A DNA stretch of 64,000 nt from Candidatus Latescibacterota bacterium (lineage in GTDB: Bacteria; Latescibacterota; UBA2968; UBA8231): positions 2,592,001 through 2,656,000 of the forward strand of contig CBDFJF010000002.1 of assembly GCA_965248265.1 (NCBI GenBank). The letters run 5' to 3'. Below, one piece after another: positions 29,377 to 40,426 of the stretch (the stretch's first letter is position 1; every line of letters begins with the position of its first letter). Under the pieces are notes generated by a model. It was not told where the DNA came from. It searched no databases and saw nothing but the letters and a program-made list of their open reading frames with translations. The position numbers and the translations under genes are program-made.

Positions 29377-30303
29377 CTATTGACCCCTGGAACCGCCGGT
29401 CCGGATCCGTCGGATCAGACCGATGAGTCCGTCAGGGGCGATGAGGACGACGAACAACAGGATGGAACCCAGGACGGCAGGCCAGTACTCGGTGTACTGG
29501 TTGGCCAGCACGTCGAGCAGGTAGAGGAGCGCAGCGCCGAGGGCCGGTCCGAAGAAGGAATACATGCCGCCGAGGAGAACCATGATCAGAACCTGCGCCG
29601 ATTCCGGCCAGAAGGCGGACTCGACGTACATGCCTCTGTTGTACATCGCGAACAGTGCACCAGCAATGCCGGCGAAGGTGCCCGCAACCACGAACGCGGC
29701 CAGCCTCAACAGACGAGTATTGATCCCGACGAACTCGGCACGCAGGGCATTCTCGCGAATGGCGGTGAGGACGCGTCCGAAGGGGGACCGGCATATCATC
29801 CACAGAGCGGCGATTGAAGCCCACACCACCACCTGGCAGAAGTAGTAGAACATGGTCCGCGACTTCAGCAGCTGCGGCAGCGTGACACCCACGAAGCCGT
29901 CGTCCCCGCCGGTGAGGGAGCGCCATTTGAATGCCACTGACCAGACCAGCATGGCGAAGGCCAGCGTCAGCATGGCAAAGTAGATATCAGTCAGGCGCAC
30001 GCAGAAAAAACCGATGATGGCGGCGCACACGGCGCTGAACAGCACCGCGGCCGGCAAGCTGGCATAGATAGGCCACTCATACGAGGTCAGCAGAATGGCG
30101 CAGGCGTAGCCGCCGATGGCGAAGTAGGCGGCATGTCCGAACGAAAGGTTGCCGGCGTACCCGACGAGCACGTTCAGGCTCATGGCGAAGAGCGCGTAGA
30201 TGGCGATCTCCGTCGTCAGGTCGATGAGGTAATCCGATCCGCCAAGCGGAACGCCCAGCATCAGAGCAACCCCGGCAGCTATTGAAACCTTGCGGGCGTT
30301 CAT
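29377..30303 (-). CDS. livM: Branched-chain amino acid-type ABC transporter permease
   Basis: GYAGNLSFGHAA, YFAMLTLAF, SPFGR..AIREN. Start MNARKV (ATG 30303). Confidence 0.9.
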   Translation of the reverse strand: MNARKVSIAAGVALMLGVPLGGSDYLIDLTTEIAIYALFAMSLNVLVGYAGNLSFGHAAYFAIGGYACAILLTSYEWPIYASLPAAVLFSAVCAAIIGFFCVRLTDIYFAMLTLAFAMLVWSVAFKWRSLTGGDDGFVGVTLPQLLKSRTMFYYFCQVVVWASIAALWMICRSPFGRVLTAIRENALRAEFVGINTRLLRLAAFVVAGTFAGIAGALFAMYNRGMYVESAFWPESAQVLIMVLLGGMYSFFGPALGAALLYLLDVLANQYTEYWPAVLGSILLFVVLIAPDGLIGLIRRIRTGGSRGQ

Positions 30304-31199
30304 TCCGGTTGCTGTGCCCCGGGGGACTGCGAAAACAGTCCCCATGGACGCCACAACAGGATCGCCAGCATCAGGACGTAGGGCAGCACCAGCTCCCACT
30401 CGGGTACCAACACGGTTCCGAAGGTCATGAGGAATCCGAGGATCAAGGCCCCGACAAAACTGCCCCAAAGGGATCCCAAACCGCCGATGATGACGATGAT
30501 GAAACACTCGACAATCAGGGTCGCCTCCATGCCCGGCGCAACCGCGACGCGAGGGGCGGCCAGGGCCCCGCCCACACCGGCCAGAGCGGAGCCGCCGATG
30601 AATACGAGGGTGTAGACCATCGGCACGTTGACTCCAAGCGCGGACAGCATTTCACGGTCCTGCGTGGCAGCTTTGATCAGGCGGCCCCACCGGCTGCGCT
30701 CGATCAGCAGCCACAGCAGCACGGCGATGACGGGTCCGACGGCGCACAAGAAGAGCAGGTAGGACGGGTAAAAGGTGATGCCGAGATTGATCGCCCCGTT
30801 CAACCCCGCGGGGTAGGAGACGCTGTGTTGGTCGGTGCCCCAGATCATTTTGACCAGGTCGCCGAGCAGCAGCACCAGGGCGAAGGTGAACAGCAGCTGC
30901 ATCAGATGCTCGCGCTCGTAGAGATGTCGCAGCAGCAGGCGTTCGATCACCAGAGCCAACAGAGCGAGAGCGGCCGCCGCGGCCGCGACTCCGAGCCAGA
31001 ACGCGGCCGGCGATGTCATCTGCGAAACGACGCTGTAGCAGACATAGGCGCCAATCATGAAAAAAGCGCCGTGAGCGAAATTGATCACCCGCAGTACACC
31101 GAAAATGAGGGTCAGCCCTGAGGCGATTATGAACAGATTCATCCCCAGAGAAACGGAGTTCAACAACTGAATCAGGAGAAAGGCCGGGTTTGAAAGCAT
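30300..31199 (-). CDS. livH: Branched-chain amino acid-type ABC transporter permease
   Basis: GLTLIFGVLRVINFAHG, IIGGLGS. Confidence 0.92.
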   Translation of the reverse strand: MLSNPAFLLIQLLNSVSLGMNLFIIASGLTLIFGVLRVINFAHGAFFMIGAYVCYSVVSQMTSPAAFWLGVAAAAAALALLALVIERLLLRHLYEREHLMQLLFTFALVLLLGDLVKMIWGTDQHSVSYPAGLNGAINLGITFYPSYLLFLCAVGPVIAVLLWLLIERSRWGRLIKAATQDREMLSALGVNVPMVYTLVFIGGSALAGVGGALAAPRVAVAPGMEATLIVECFIIVIIGGLGSLWGSFVGALILGFLMTFGTVLVPEWELVLPYVLMLAILLWRPWGLFSQSPGAQQPE

Positions 31200-31209
31200 C
31201 CCTGGTGCG

Positions 31210-32382
31210 CTAGTCGCCGGGGATGTAGGTGACTGGATCCATTACCCGGAAATCGAACTGGTCTGAACGCTTCATCGGTCCCCAGAACTGCCCGGTGTTG
31301 GCCTGGTGCGTATCCGGATTGATGGTGCGCCGTCCCACGGGAGTGTCGATGCTGAGCCCCTTGAACGCGGCTGAGAGCGCGTCGGGATCAGTACTCCCCG
31401 CCTTTTCTATTGCCGCTGCGATGAACTTCACCCCGATGTAGCCCAGGGTCGGCCAGCTTGGTGTGTGTGGCGTGTCGAAGCGCTTTGCCAGGCTTTCCTG
31501 AAACGACGCATGCAAGGGTGAGTTGCTGTGGTACCACAGTTCATAGGCGTTGGTCCAGACGTTGTCCGGGAAGTCGCCCTTCATTTCGCTGGCTATCTCA
31601 TGGGAGCCGATCTCGCCTCCCGTCACGTAGGTGACGCGGTCGAACAAACCGAAGGGTCGGCCCTGCTGAGCGATGTTGATGAATGCGGCCCCCCACAATC
31701 CGCTGGCGACGCAGTCGCAATCCGAACCGATTACCTGGGCTATGTAGGCGTTGTAATCCGTGGTTCCCAGTTTGATCTTGAGATCCAGGACGATCTCTGC
31801 CTCCGGAGCTTCGGTGGTCAGGGCCCGCTTGAAGCCGGCGCCCAGATCGTGACCGTAGGCGTAGTCGAACTGCAGGTGGCAGATTTTGCGCCCTCCGACC
31901 TTGCCGACGACGCGCGCGATACCGCGTCCTTCGGTGTCGGTATTGGCCGCCGTGCGAAACACATAATCGTGCTTCTTGGTCGTCGAAAGCTGGATGGTTT
32001 TGGCAATGCTGACCACGAAAACGACCTTCTCCGTCCTCGCCACTTCGGCGAGCGCCAGTCCGACGGCTGAGCTCAGGGAGCCCACGAGCACGTCCACGTC
32101 CTCCTTGGTGATCAATTCCTTTGCAGCTGCTGAGGCGGTCGCCGGTTTGAGTTTGGTGTCGCGAGCGACCGTGACAAGCTGCCGCCCCAGCAGGCCTCCG
32201 GCGGCGTTGATTTCCTCGACAGCCATGTCGTGTCCGATCAGCGCGGGAACGCCGAAGACGGCGGCGCTGCCCGACGTCGGATAAAGGGCTCCGATCTTGA
32301 TCGGCGCTGCTTCGTCTGAGGAAACAGCGGCCGTGATAAGGAAGAGGAAGATCGAGAGTGCCGCAGGTACAGCTTTTGTCAT
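31210..32382 (-). CDS. ABC transporter substrate-binding protein (LivK/LivJ-like, substrate uncertain)
   Basis: Signal peptide, IKIG, AVEEINAAGGLLGR, YVFR, DYAYG. Confidence 0.88.
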   Translation of the reverse strand: MTKAVPAALSIFLFLITAAVSSDEAAPIKIGALYPTSGSAAVFGVPALIGHDMAVEEINAAGGLLGRQLVTVARDTKLKPATASAAAKELITKEDVDVLVGSLSSAVGLALAEVARTEKVVFVVSIAKTIQLSTTKKHDYVFRTAANTDTEGRGIARVVGKVGGRKICHLQFDYAYGHDLGAGFKRALTTEAPEAEIVLDLKIKLGTTDYNAYIAQVIGSDCDCVASGLWGAAFINIAQQGRPFGLFDRVTYVTGGEIGSHEIASEMKGDFPDNVWTNAYELWYHSNSPLHASFQESLAKRFDTPHTPSWPTLGYIGVKFIAAAIEKAGSTDPDALSAAFKGLSIDTPVGRRTINPDTHQANTGQFWGPMKRSDQFDFRVMDPVTYIPGD

Positions 32383-32575
32383 GGCTCGACTCTGTGTCGC
32401 AATGATGGGCGCTGTTCGGGAGACTCAGGCGGGCGAATATACCCAAGGTTGCAGCGTCTCTCAACTGATGACCTGGTGGCGGATCCGCTGCAATACGACG
32501 ATCTTTCTGACAACCCGCAGCATCAAGAAGCTGAGAGATTCGATGCGGCGATCCATTCAGCAGGCCGTTGCCATC

Positions 32576-33682
32576 ATGGGTAGATTTCGCACCAAGAACC
32601 AGGACTATCAGTCGCAACCACCACCGTACCTGTTCAAGGGTGTCGTCCTGCGAACCTTCATTCTCAAAGCGCAGTACGATGCTCTTGCAGAGGTCTGCGC
32701 CGAATTCCTCAACAGCGTTGCGATCCAGCACGACAAGGAATTCCGTTGGACTCCGTTGATGTCTACCGACGGCAGTGGACTGGTCATGCTGCAGATCGTC
32801 ACCTACGAGCACATGTCCAGTCTCCATGATCCCGACCTGGGCTACACCACACAGAAGGAGTGCATATTCTCGATACCGATTGTCCAGGAGAATCCGGCGG
32901 GCGTTCCCGTGGACATGGCCATGTATGCGCCCTATTGCTTCGTCGATAACGACTGGTCAGTGATCGGGGGCAGGGAGGTACTTGGATATCCCAAGCTGGA
33001 TGGCTGGTTCGACATTTCCGAGGATCCAGACGACTACGGCATTCAGGTAGAGGCCAACGTCATGGCGCAGCTCACAAAGAACTGCAGACTGGAGAAGCAG
33101 CCGGTGGTGGTAATTGAGCGAGACAACAGCCTGGTTGCCCCTGCGTTTTCGGGCCAACTCCAAGGGTTGTGGCCATTTGGCCCGGTCGACGAACTCTACA
33201 AGTCGGGAATCTGCGAAGTTGAGGATGATCGCATCCTGGACTCGCTCAGTCGACATGCCGGCATCAGCCAACCTGCAGTGGCGTTGAAACAGTTCAGGGA
33301 TCCGGTGATAGCCGAAGTAGCCTGCTACCAGGCTCTCATGGGCTTCATGTTCAACATCAAGAAGTTCCATGGCAGCAACACCTTGCCCCTCGCACCCATC
33401 AGCCTGCCCGAGTACGACAGCCTCAGAATAGCCCGCAACCTGGGCTTGGGGCACTCGCCGACTCCCGTTTGGGCGCATTGGTACAAGGCTGACTTCACGC
33501 TGACTGACGCTGAGGCTCTCAGTGCGACACCGACCCTCGGTGCGGCCTACGAGAATCCGCTGACAACCGATGGGTTTGGACAATACATCAGCGATGTCCA
33601 GGGGCTGTACTCGCAAATGGCACGCAGTTACATAGACCTTACGACGCAGTGGTGGAAGAGCTGGTTGCAGCCGCCCTTGTGA
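32576..33682 (+). CDS. Acetoacetate decarboxylase-like (ADC superfamily) protein, copy 1
   Basis: PPYLF, PYCFVDN...GREVLGYPK (Schiff-base Lys motif), LKQFRD...ACYQA. Likely start ATG 32576. Confidence 0.75.
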   Translation: MGRFRTKNQDYQSQPPPYLFKGVVLRTFILKAQYDALAEVCAEFLNSVAIQHDKEFRWTPLMSTDGSGLVMLQIVTYEHMSSLHDPDLGYTTQKECIFSIPIVQENPAGVPVDMAMYAPYCFVDNDWSVIGGREVLGYPKLDGWFDISEDPDDYGIQVEANVMAQLTKNCRLEKQPVVVIERDNSLVAPAFSGQLQGLWPFGPVDELYKSGICEVEDDRILDSLSRHAGISQPAVALKQFRDPVIAEVACYQALMGFMFNIKKFHGSNTLPLAPISLPEYDSLRIARNLGLGHSPTPVWAHWYKADFTLTDAEALSATPTLGAAYENPLTTDGFGQYISDVQGLYSQMARSYIDLTTQWWKSWLQPPL

Positions 33683-33707
33683 CGTTGGCAGGAGACTCAG
33701 CAAGGTC

Positions 33708-34835
33708 ATGGAAAGATATCGCTACCAGGACATCGTCAATCCGTCCACGCCACCGCCGTACAAGTTCGACGGTGTTATCCTGCGCAGCTTCATTCTCAAA
33801 GCGAAATTTGCCAACCTGCAGGGGATCTGCAAGGAATATCTCAACAGTGTTGCGACCGAGAACCGCAAGGGATTTCTGTGGATACCATTGAGCACGATGA
33901 ATGGCGTTGGACTGGTGATGCTGCAGATTGTCACCTACAAACGGATGAGCAACCTGCAGCGTCCCGACCTCGGCTACGTCTCGCAGTCTGAGTGCATTTT
34001 CTCGATACCGATTCTCCAGGAGCACCCCAAGGGCATTCCGGTGGCCATTGCCACATTCACACCCTATTGCTTCGTGGACGACGGCTGGTCCATGGTCAGC
34101 GGCAGGGAGGTATTGGGATATCCCAAAACGGAAGGCTGGTTCCAGATCCCGGCTGATCCCCGGGCCACCGGTATCAAGGTGGAGGCTGACGTCATGCCCA
34201 CCCTGGGCAAACAGAGTAAGCTGGAGAGGCAGCCCGTAGTAGAAATCGATTCGGCCGATGAACAGGTCGTCGCTCAGCCGGCACCGGCACCGGCAACGGC
34301 CAGCGGGCAAGAACTATCATGGCCGTTCGGCCCGGTCAACGATCTCTACAGGTATGGCTCTCACAAAGTAGCGAGCAATATCCTGCCGTTACTCGATCGA
34401 CATGCCGGCAAGAGCCAACCGATAGTGACGTTGAAACAGTTCCGCGATGCGACGGAGGTTGATTCGGCCTGCTACCAGGCGATTAATCATTTTTCGATCA
34501 ATCTGACGAGATTCGAGGATGGAGGAGCTCTGCCGAAGGCGCAGGTCCATCTCCCAGACTACGCCAGTCTCAAGATCGCCCAGAGCCTGGGTATGGAGAC
34601 TACCGTCACACCCATCTGGGCGCATTGGTTCAAGGCGAACTTCAACCTGCTGGATGTGAACACGATCTGCTCGACCCATCCCTACAACAAGACTACCCCC
34701 CTCCAGCCTGCCGCGGGCTATGGTGATTTATTCAACGAAATCCAGTCACTGTATTTTCAAATGGCCAGTAACTATGTGGACCTCAGCCGCCAATTCCTGG
34801 AAAGCTGGCTACAGCCACCATCCGACAGCGAGTGA
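33708..34835 (+). CDS. Acetoacetate decarboxylase-like protein, copy 2 (tandem paralog)
   Basis: Collinear with copy 1: PPYKF, GREVLGYPK, WPFGPV, LKQFRD, ACYQA, WAHW, SWLQPP. Confidence 0.78.
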   Translation: MERYRYQDIVNPSTPPPYKFDGVILRSFILKAKFANLQGICKEYLNSVATENRKGFLWIPLSTMNGVGLVMLQIVTYKRMSNLQRPDLGYVSQSECIFSIPILQEHPKGIPVAIATFTPYCFVDDGWSMVSGREVLGYPKTEGWFQIPADPRATGIKVEADVMPTLGKQSKLERQPVVEIDSADEQVVAQPAPAPATASGQELSWPFGPVNDLYRYGSHKVASNILPLLDRHAGKSQPIVTLKQFRDATEVDSACYQAINHFSINLTRFEDGGALPKAQVHLPDYASLKIAQSLGMETTVTPIWAHWFKANFNLLDVNTICSTHPYNKTTPLQPAAGYGDLFNEIQSLYFQMASNYVDLSRQFLESWLQPPSDSE

Positions 34836-34845
34836 CAATGCGATT

Positions 34846-37527
34846 TCAGAAGGCTTGAGTCAGTCGCACCACGGCCAGGCGTCCAATCTCGGGCGTGCCG
34901 ATGAACTCCTCGTGCTGATTGTCCAGCACGTTCTGAACTGATACGCTCAGCATCGTGTTCCACTCCGGCCACTGATACGTCCCGAGAAGATCGATCGTGA
35001 AATACGAGTCGACTTCTCCTTTGAACGGGACGGAATCCACCGGGAAACTGCTGGCGTAGCGTGGGCGCAACTCGGCGCTCCAGCCTCTTCCCGAATCCGT
35101 GTACCGCACGCTACCGGAGAGTTTGTGTTTGGGGGCGTTGAGGGCGAGATCGAACGGTTGTTGTGGCAGGGACTTGGCGAAGAAGTCGTCGCTAACGAAA
35201 GAGTAGTTACCGCGCAGTGTCCAGGTGTCATCAGGGAAATAAGTGAATCCGAAATCGACGCCGTACACGGTGATGTCGCCGAAGTTTCGAACGGTGAGCA
35301 GGATGTCGGTCGGATCGCCTTCTTCGGGAGTTACCGTTCCTACCGGGATCGCCGCGATACCGGCTGCCAGTGCGCCCGCCTCAGCCTCTGACATGAACTG
35401 ACTCAAGTACGCCGTCAGTGACGCGGCGTTGAAGAACACATTCGGCGTCAGCACGATCAGTGGATCGAGGAAGTCCTCGTTCTCGCTCCGGTAAAAGTCG
35501 GCCTGCAGTAAGAGCCTGTCGCCAAGCGCCCCCTTGTACCCGACTTCTATGGTGTTGTTGACTGTCGGCTTGAAGGGTTGAATGTCGACGATTTCTTCCG
35601 GCAGGATTGGATCGTATGCCTGGGTGCTGAGATTCAGAACTCCCAGGTCGGTGCTGACGTCTTCCGTTGTCGGCGCTGGCAGCGCCGTCAGGTCGACACC
35701 TACTCCCCCCATCACGGCCACGACGGCATCCCAGCGTGCCGTGGCATCCGCCGGAAGCTGATGGCCGGCGCCTCCTTCGGACACGGGTGTGAATGGCGAT
35801 GTCATGTACATGCCGCCGACACCGCCTGAGACGTCGCGCCGTATGCTCCAGCCCGTCTTCGGGATCCCGCGCAATTGGATGCGGTACGGCAAGCCCTGCA
35901 GATCGGGTGCGATGTTGATATCAACAAACAGCGCCGGCGCGGTCGGCGGCGCGAAAGCCCGATTGAAGGTCGCCCTGAAGGAATGGTTGCTTCGTGGGGT
36001 GAACACCAGAGCAGCACGGGGAGAGAAATTGCGATCTTCGAGCTCGCTGTGATCATCTATGCGGGCGGCCAGTACAGCCTTCAACTCGTCGTTCAAAGCG
36101 GTCTCCGATTGCAGGTAGATCCCGAATTCATCGACGCTGTCATCGTCTTCGTTACGACCATGGATGGTCTGCTTGGTCTCGGGTCGCGTCAGCAGCAGGT
36201 CCAGGCCGTAGGTGAAATGCTGCCGGTCCTTCCAGGTGGTGCTACTGTGCTGTCCCTGAATGACGTACAGCCTGGACTCGTCCAGTACGGTGTCTCCGGT
36301 TCGTCTGGAATAAGTGTCGCCGTCGCCGCTCTGGTTGACGAACGCCTGTACGAAGAGATCTCGGTAGGTAACTCTTCCCTGCAGGTAACTGTACTGCCAG
36401 TCTTTGAGCTCGAAGACGCCGGCGCCGGTCAGTCTGTTGCTGCTATTGCGGCTGGTTCCACTTGAGAGTACCGCCGTCAGCTCCTCTCCGAGGCGCGCGT
36501 CAATCCGGGCATCGAGGTTCAAATTGTCGACGTCGAAGTCCCTCGCGTTGCTGACCAAACCTCCCTGCGCAACTCGCCCCTGCAGCGTCTGCACACCCCT
36601 GATCAAGGAGTCGGGTTCGGCGGCGTCGGTGCTTTTCCAGTCAGTACCCTGGTAGTACTCGCCCGAGACTTTGAAGGCGACCTTATCCGTCAGTACCTGC
36701 GCGTGGCGGAAAGCTCCCGTGACGAAGCTGCGTTCTCCTCCGCCGACGCTGACCATGGTACCGGGATCGTCAAAGGGCGACTTGGTGATAATATGCATGA
36801 CGCCACCGATCGCGTTGGGACCGTAGAGGGCAGACCCGGGGCCGGACACAACTTCGATGCGGTCGATGTCAAGATTGTTGGAAGGGACCAACTCGGCGGC
36901 GTTGAGGTCGAGAGAGGGCAAGCGAGCGTACCGATGGTCCGCCATCATCAGCAGTCGACTGGAGAACACGGCGTTGAAACCGCGGACTACCGTGCGGTAC
37001 TGCCCCAGGCCGGCCGTGGCCACATCGACGGCTGGTACGGCTTTGACGTGCTCGATCGCCGTCAGGGAGGGCCGCTTGGCGATATCTTCACTGGAGATCA
37101 CGGTAACAGCTGCGGGAGCTTCAAGGGCCTTCTCGGGCCGGCGAGATACCGAGCTCACGGTGACTCCTTCGATGGCCAGCGACGTCGGCTTCAAGCGCAA
37201 TTGCAGCACTTCGCTCCGGAGTCCGCTCAACTCAAATGCCGGCAGCAGATAATCCTGGTAGCCGATGTAAGTGACCTTGAGGGTGTAGGTACCCGCCGGC
37301 ACCGCTTTGATTGCGAATTCACCATTCTGGTCACTCATCGCACCCAATGGCTGTCCATCCTGTGTCTGGATCCGGATGCTGGCGCCGATCAGAGGTGAGT
37401 CGGAGTCAGCGTCGAGGATGACTCCACGCAGTGAAACGGTTTCTGCACCGGCCGCACCATGGGTGATGGTGAGGAGCGTCAGCACGATCAGACGAACTGC
37501 GAGACGCAAGGCTCTTGACCTGTCCAT
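34846..37527 (-). CDS. TonB-dependent receptor
   Basis: Signal peptide, N-terminal carboxypeptidase-like domain, plug (APAAVTVI, RGFN, IDRIEVVSGPGSALYG), NVLD, terminal F. Confidence 0.93.
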   Translation of the reverse strand: MDRSRALRLAVRLIVLTLLTITHGAAGAETVSLRGVILDADSDSPLIGASIRIQTQDGQPLGAMSDQNGEFAIKAVPAGTYTLKVTYIGYQDYLLPAFELSGLRSEVLQLRLKPTSLAIEGVTVSSVSRRPEKALEAPAAVTVISSEDIAKRPSLTAIEHVKAVPAVDVATAGLGQYRTVVRGFNAVFSSRLLMMADHRYARLPSLDLNAAELVPSNNLDIDRIEVVSGPGSALYGPNAIGGVMHIITKSPFDDPGTMVSVGGGERSFVTGAFRHAQVLTDKVAFKVSGEYYQGTDWKSTDAAEPDSLIRGVQTLQGRVAQGGLVSNARDFDVDNLNLDARIDARLGEELTAVLSSGTSRNSSNRLTGAGVFELKDWQYSYLQGRVTYRDLFVQAFVNQSGDGDTYSRRTGDTVLDESRLYVIQGQHSSTTWKDRQHFTYGLDLLLTRPETKQTIHGRNEDDDSVDEFGIYLQSETALNDELKAVLAARIDDHSELEDRNFSPRAALVFTPRSNHSFRATFNRAFAPPTAPALFVDINIAPDLQGLPYRIQLRGIPKTGWSIRRDVSGGVGGMYMTSPFTPVSEGGAGHQLPADATARWDAVVAVMGGVGVDLTALPAPTTEDVSTDLGVLNLSTQAYDPILPEEIVDIQPFKPTVNNTIEVGYKGALGDRLLLQADFYRSENEDFLDPLIVLTPNVFFNAASLTAYLSQFMSEAEAGALAAGIAAIPVGTVTPEEGDPTDILLTVRNFGDITVYGVDFGFTYFPDDTWTLRGNYSFVSDDFFAKSLPQQPFDLALNAPKHKLSGSVRYTDSGRGWSAELRPRYASSFPVDSVPFKGEVDSYFTIDLLGTYQWPEWNTMLSVSVQNVLDNQHEEFIGTPEIGRLAVVRLTQAF

Positions 37528-37895
37528 ACGGCACCATGTCTTTCTTTATCCATTTGTGTGATCCAGATCACATTCTCGTTGCCAACTAGTGCTGTGAAAC
37601 CGGTGGCAAGTCAAGGTTTTTCTGTATGTTAGGTCTCTTTAGTTGTCTGTTTGTGGTTGGTTTTGCACGTATTTGTCCTTTGGTGTGGTCTAACTTGCTG
37701 TATTCAATGAAGTTGGGATTAGAAAAAGTGTCGGATCCGGAACTCGAGCGCGCACGACCTAAACCCCGTGTTTTCGGCCATCAAAACGGTCGCATCATCA
37801 TTGCGAGCATTTCACGTTGGCGCTCGTGAACTGATGTTCCAAGTTTAGCTCTCACGAGTCACAAGTTTTCCCAACCAAGCGACCTGAGAACACGT

Positions 37896-40425
37896 ATGTC
37901 CATTCATCCAGAAGCCCGTTTTGGCGTTGATCTCGCCTCCGTCATTGAGTCCCACAGCGTCATCCATCGAGCGCCGGCGCAGATCTGGCAGGACGGGCTG
38001 TATTTGGGCAACGGCGATATTGCCGCCACCGTCCATGGAGGACTCCGACACGCTCGGGTGTTGCTGAACAAGGGTGATATCTGGGACGAACGAGCTGACT
38101 GGTTGGATGGGATGTACGATCCGGCTGACTTCGACTGGCAGGCTACCAAGGATGCGCTGGCCCGGGGTGTCGAGACGGGTGACTGGTCTGGAATGGCCGA
38201 TCTTCCACGACCGGAGCCGAAGCTACCCGAGGGCTCCGGCCGCTCGTTCTCCGGGATTCAGCCAGCCGGTTACCTGGATATCATCGGAGACCTCGCAGGG
38301 GACGGCGCCTTCGAGCAGCGACTATCCTTCTACAGGGCGACGGCGGATTGTTCGTTCACCAGTGGTGACGACCACTTCGGCTACACGGCTTACGCGCATG
38401 CCGACGACAATCTGGTCTGCATCGACATCTCCACCGACGATCCAGCGGCCTGGCCGCTACGCCTGCAGCTGAACCGTGACCTCGCACTCTTTCGATCCGC
38501 CACCCAGCCTGACCCCTACATAGACGATCCAGCGTTTGGTGGTGAGGCCGACATGATGTGGATGACGATGGCTTTCCCGGATGGTTTTGCCTTCGCGGTG
38601 GTGGCACGGGTGCCGGGTCTGCAATTGAAGCTGGAGGTGGCCGGCGACCGGGTCACCGCCGTGCTCCCGCCCGACGCCTCTCGCCGGCAGGTATCAGTTC
38701 GTCTGACGATCGTCACCGGTCAGGGTGCGTCACCGGAAGAGCTGATCGGTCAGGCCAGGGAGAAGCTCAGTGACATAGAAGAGGCCGGTCTGTTGGACTC
38801 ACACCGGGCCTGGTGGGCGAATTTCTGGTCCAGAGGATGGATCTGCCTACCGGACAAGCTCGTTGAGAATTTGTGGTACGCCGAGATCTACAAGATGGCC
38901 TCATGCTCACGCAGGGGTGGCCAGGCCCCGGGGCAGCTGGCTCACTGGTGCGGTTTTCAGGATCCGCCCTGGCGCGGCGACTACCATACGAATATCAACG
39001 TGCAGGAAAACTACTGGCCTATCTATACGGCCAATCGGTCCGAGCTGGGCTGGCCGTTTTACGATCTCTACCTCGGCATCCTCGACTTCATCATCGAGGA
39101 CACGAAGCGTTATACCGGACAACCCGGTGCCCGGTTCGTTAGGGGTCATGGCCGCTCGGGCAGACCCAATGGTCGCGGCGCCGACTGGGAGTTGTGGCCG
39201 GGCGCAGGAGCCTGGCTCTGCGCCCATTTCTGGTGGCACTATCAGTTCACTCTCGATGCGGACTTTCTGCGCGAGTGCTATCGAATGTTCCGGGCATGCC
39301 TCGATTATTTCCTCGCCTATGTCGGGGAACCGGACGAAAACGGCCGCTACAACATCATACCTTCAGTCGCGCACGAGCAGTCCCGGGCGATTTCCGTGCC
39401 CGGCGCCGATGGCAACTGGGGCAAGAACTCCTCCTACGACCTGGGTATTCTGCGCGGTCATCTCATGCGCACGATCACGGCCAGTGAAATCCTGGGTCTC
39501 GATGAGGCCGAGCGCTCACGATGGAAGCGCGTGCTCGACAACCTGGCACCGCTACCGGTGTCGGTGGAAGGCTGGTTCGAGGAATGGCAGGGGGTTAGCA
39601 TGTGGCCGTCGCATCGGCACCTGAGTCCCTTTATACCCGATTTATCCCGGCGAGGAGATTCATGCCGACAGCGATCCGGAGACGGCGCGTATCGGCCGGC
39701 AGTCGGTCCTGCGTTTTCTGGCGCGTGGATCACACGCCTATACCGGCTTCAGCTTCGGCTGGATGGCGGCCTGTGCCGCGCGCATGGACATGGCCGATGA
39801 AGCGCTCAGCTGCATCCGCGACCACATCCGCGCCTTCGTCAACGTCAATGGCTACAGTCTGTTTGGCCCATCGCGATTCCCCGGGTTGGCTCCCTACCCG
39901 GGTGAGCGCCGAGGGGTAGAATGGAAGACGAAGCTCCCCAACTGCGAGTCGGGCGGCAGTTTCTGCGCGGGCATCAATGAGCTGTTGTTGCGCAGTCCCA
40001 GCGGCAACGTTGGCAGCCAACCGCTGATCAAGGTATTTCCCGCGATTTCCGAAATGTGGCCGGATGTGCGCATCTCGCGCCTGGGCGCACAAGGCGCCTT
40101 CCTGGTAACGGCCGAGCGACGGGACGGGAAAACCGCCTACGTCATAATTGAAAGCCAGGCGGGTGCTGCGTGCAGGCTGGTTCACCCCTGGCCCGGTGAA
40201 CCGGTAGTCGTGCGCAGCGGCAGTGCCATGGTCAAACACAGCATCGAAGCCGGCATCATCAGTTTCGCTACCCAATCTGAGTTGTCATACACCATATCCC
40301 CGGCAGACTCCGCGATGGAACAGCTGGAAATGGTTGAGCTGGAGGCCAGCGCAAGCGGCCGGCTTGGCATCGGTGGCCGCTTCGAAGGGATGTCCTGGCG
40401 GGATTTCGATGAGGTGATCGACTGA
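37896..40425 (+). pseudogene. Glycoside hydrolase family 95 (alpha-L-fucosidase-like), split by a 1-nt frameshift
   Basis: LGNGD, WRGDYHTNINVQENYW, HRHLS. One extra base in CCCTTT (about 39627-39632); removing it restores PLYPIYPGEEI...VFPA...GAFLVTA. May be a sequencing error. Confidence 0.82.
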
Positions 40426-40426
40426 T

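Noticed and set aside
37560-37720. AT/GT-rich divergent intergenic region with a TTGCCA...TGGCAA inverted repeat, considered as a riboswitch
   Set aside because: No cobalamin, TPP or other riboswitch consensus could be recognised. Probably an ordinary promoter region.
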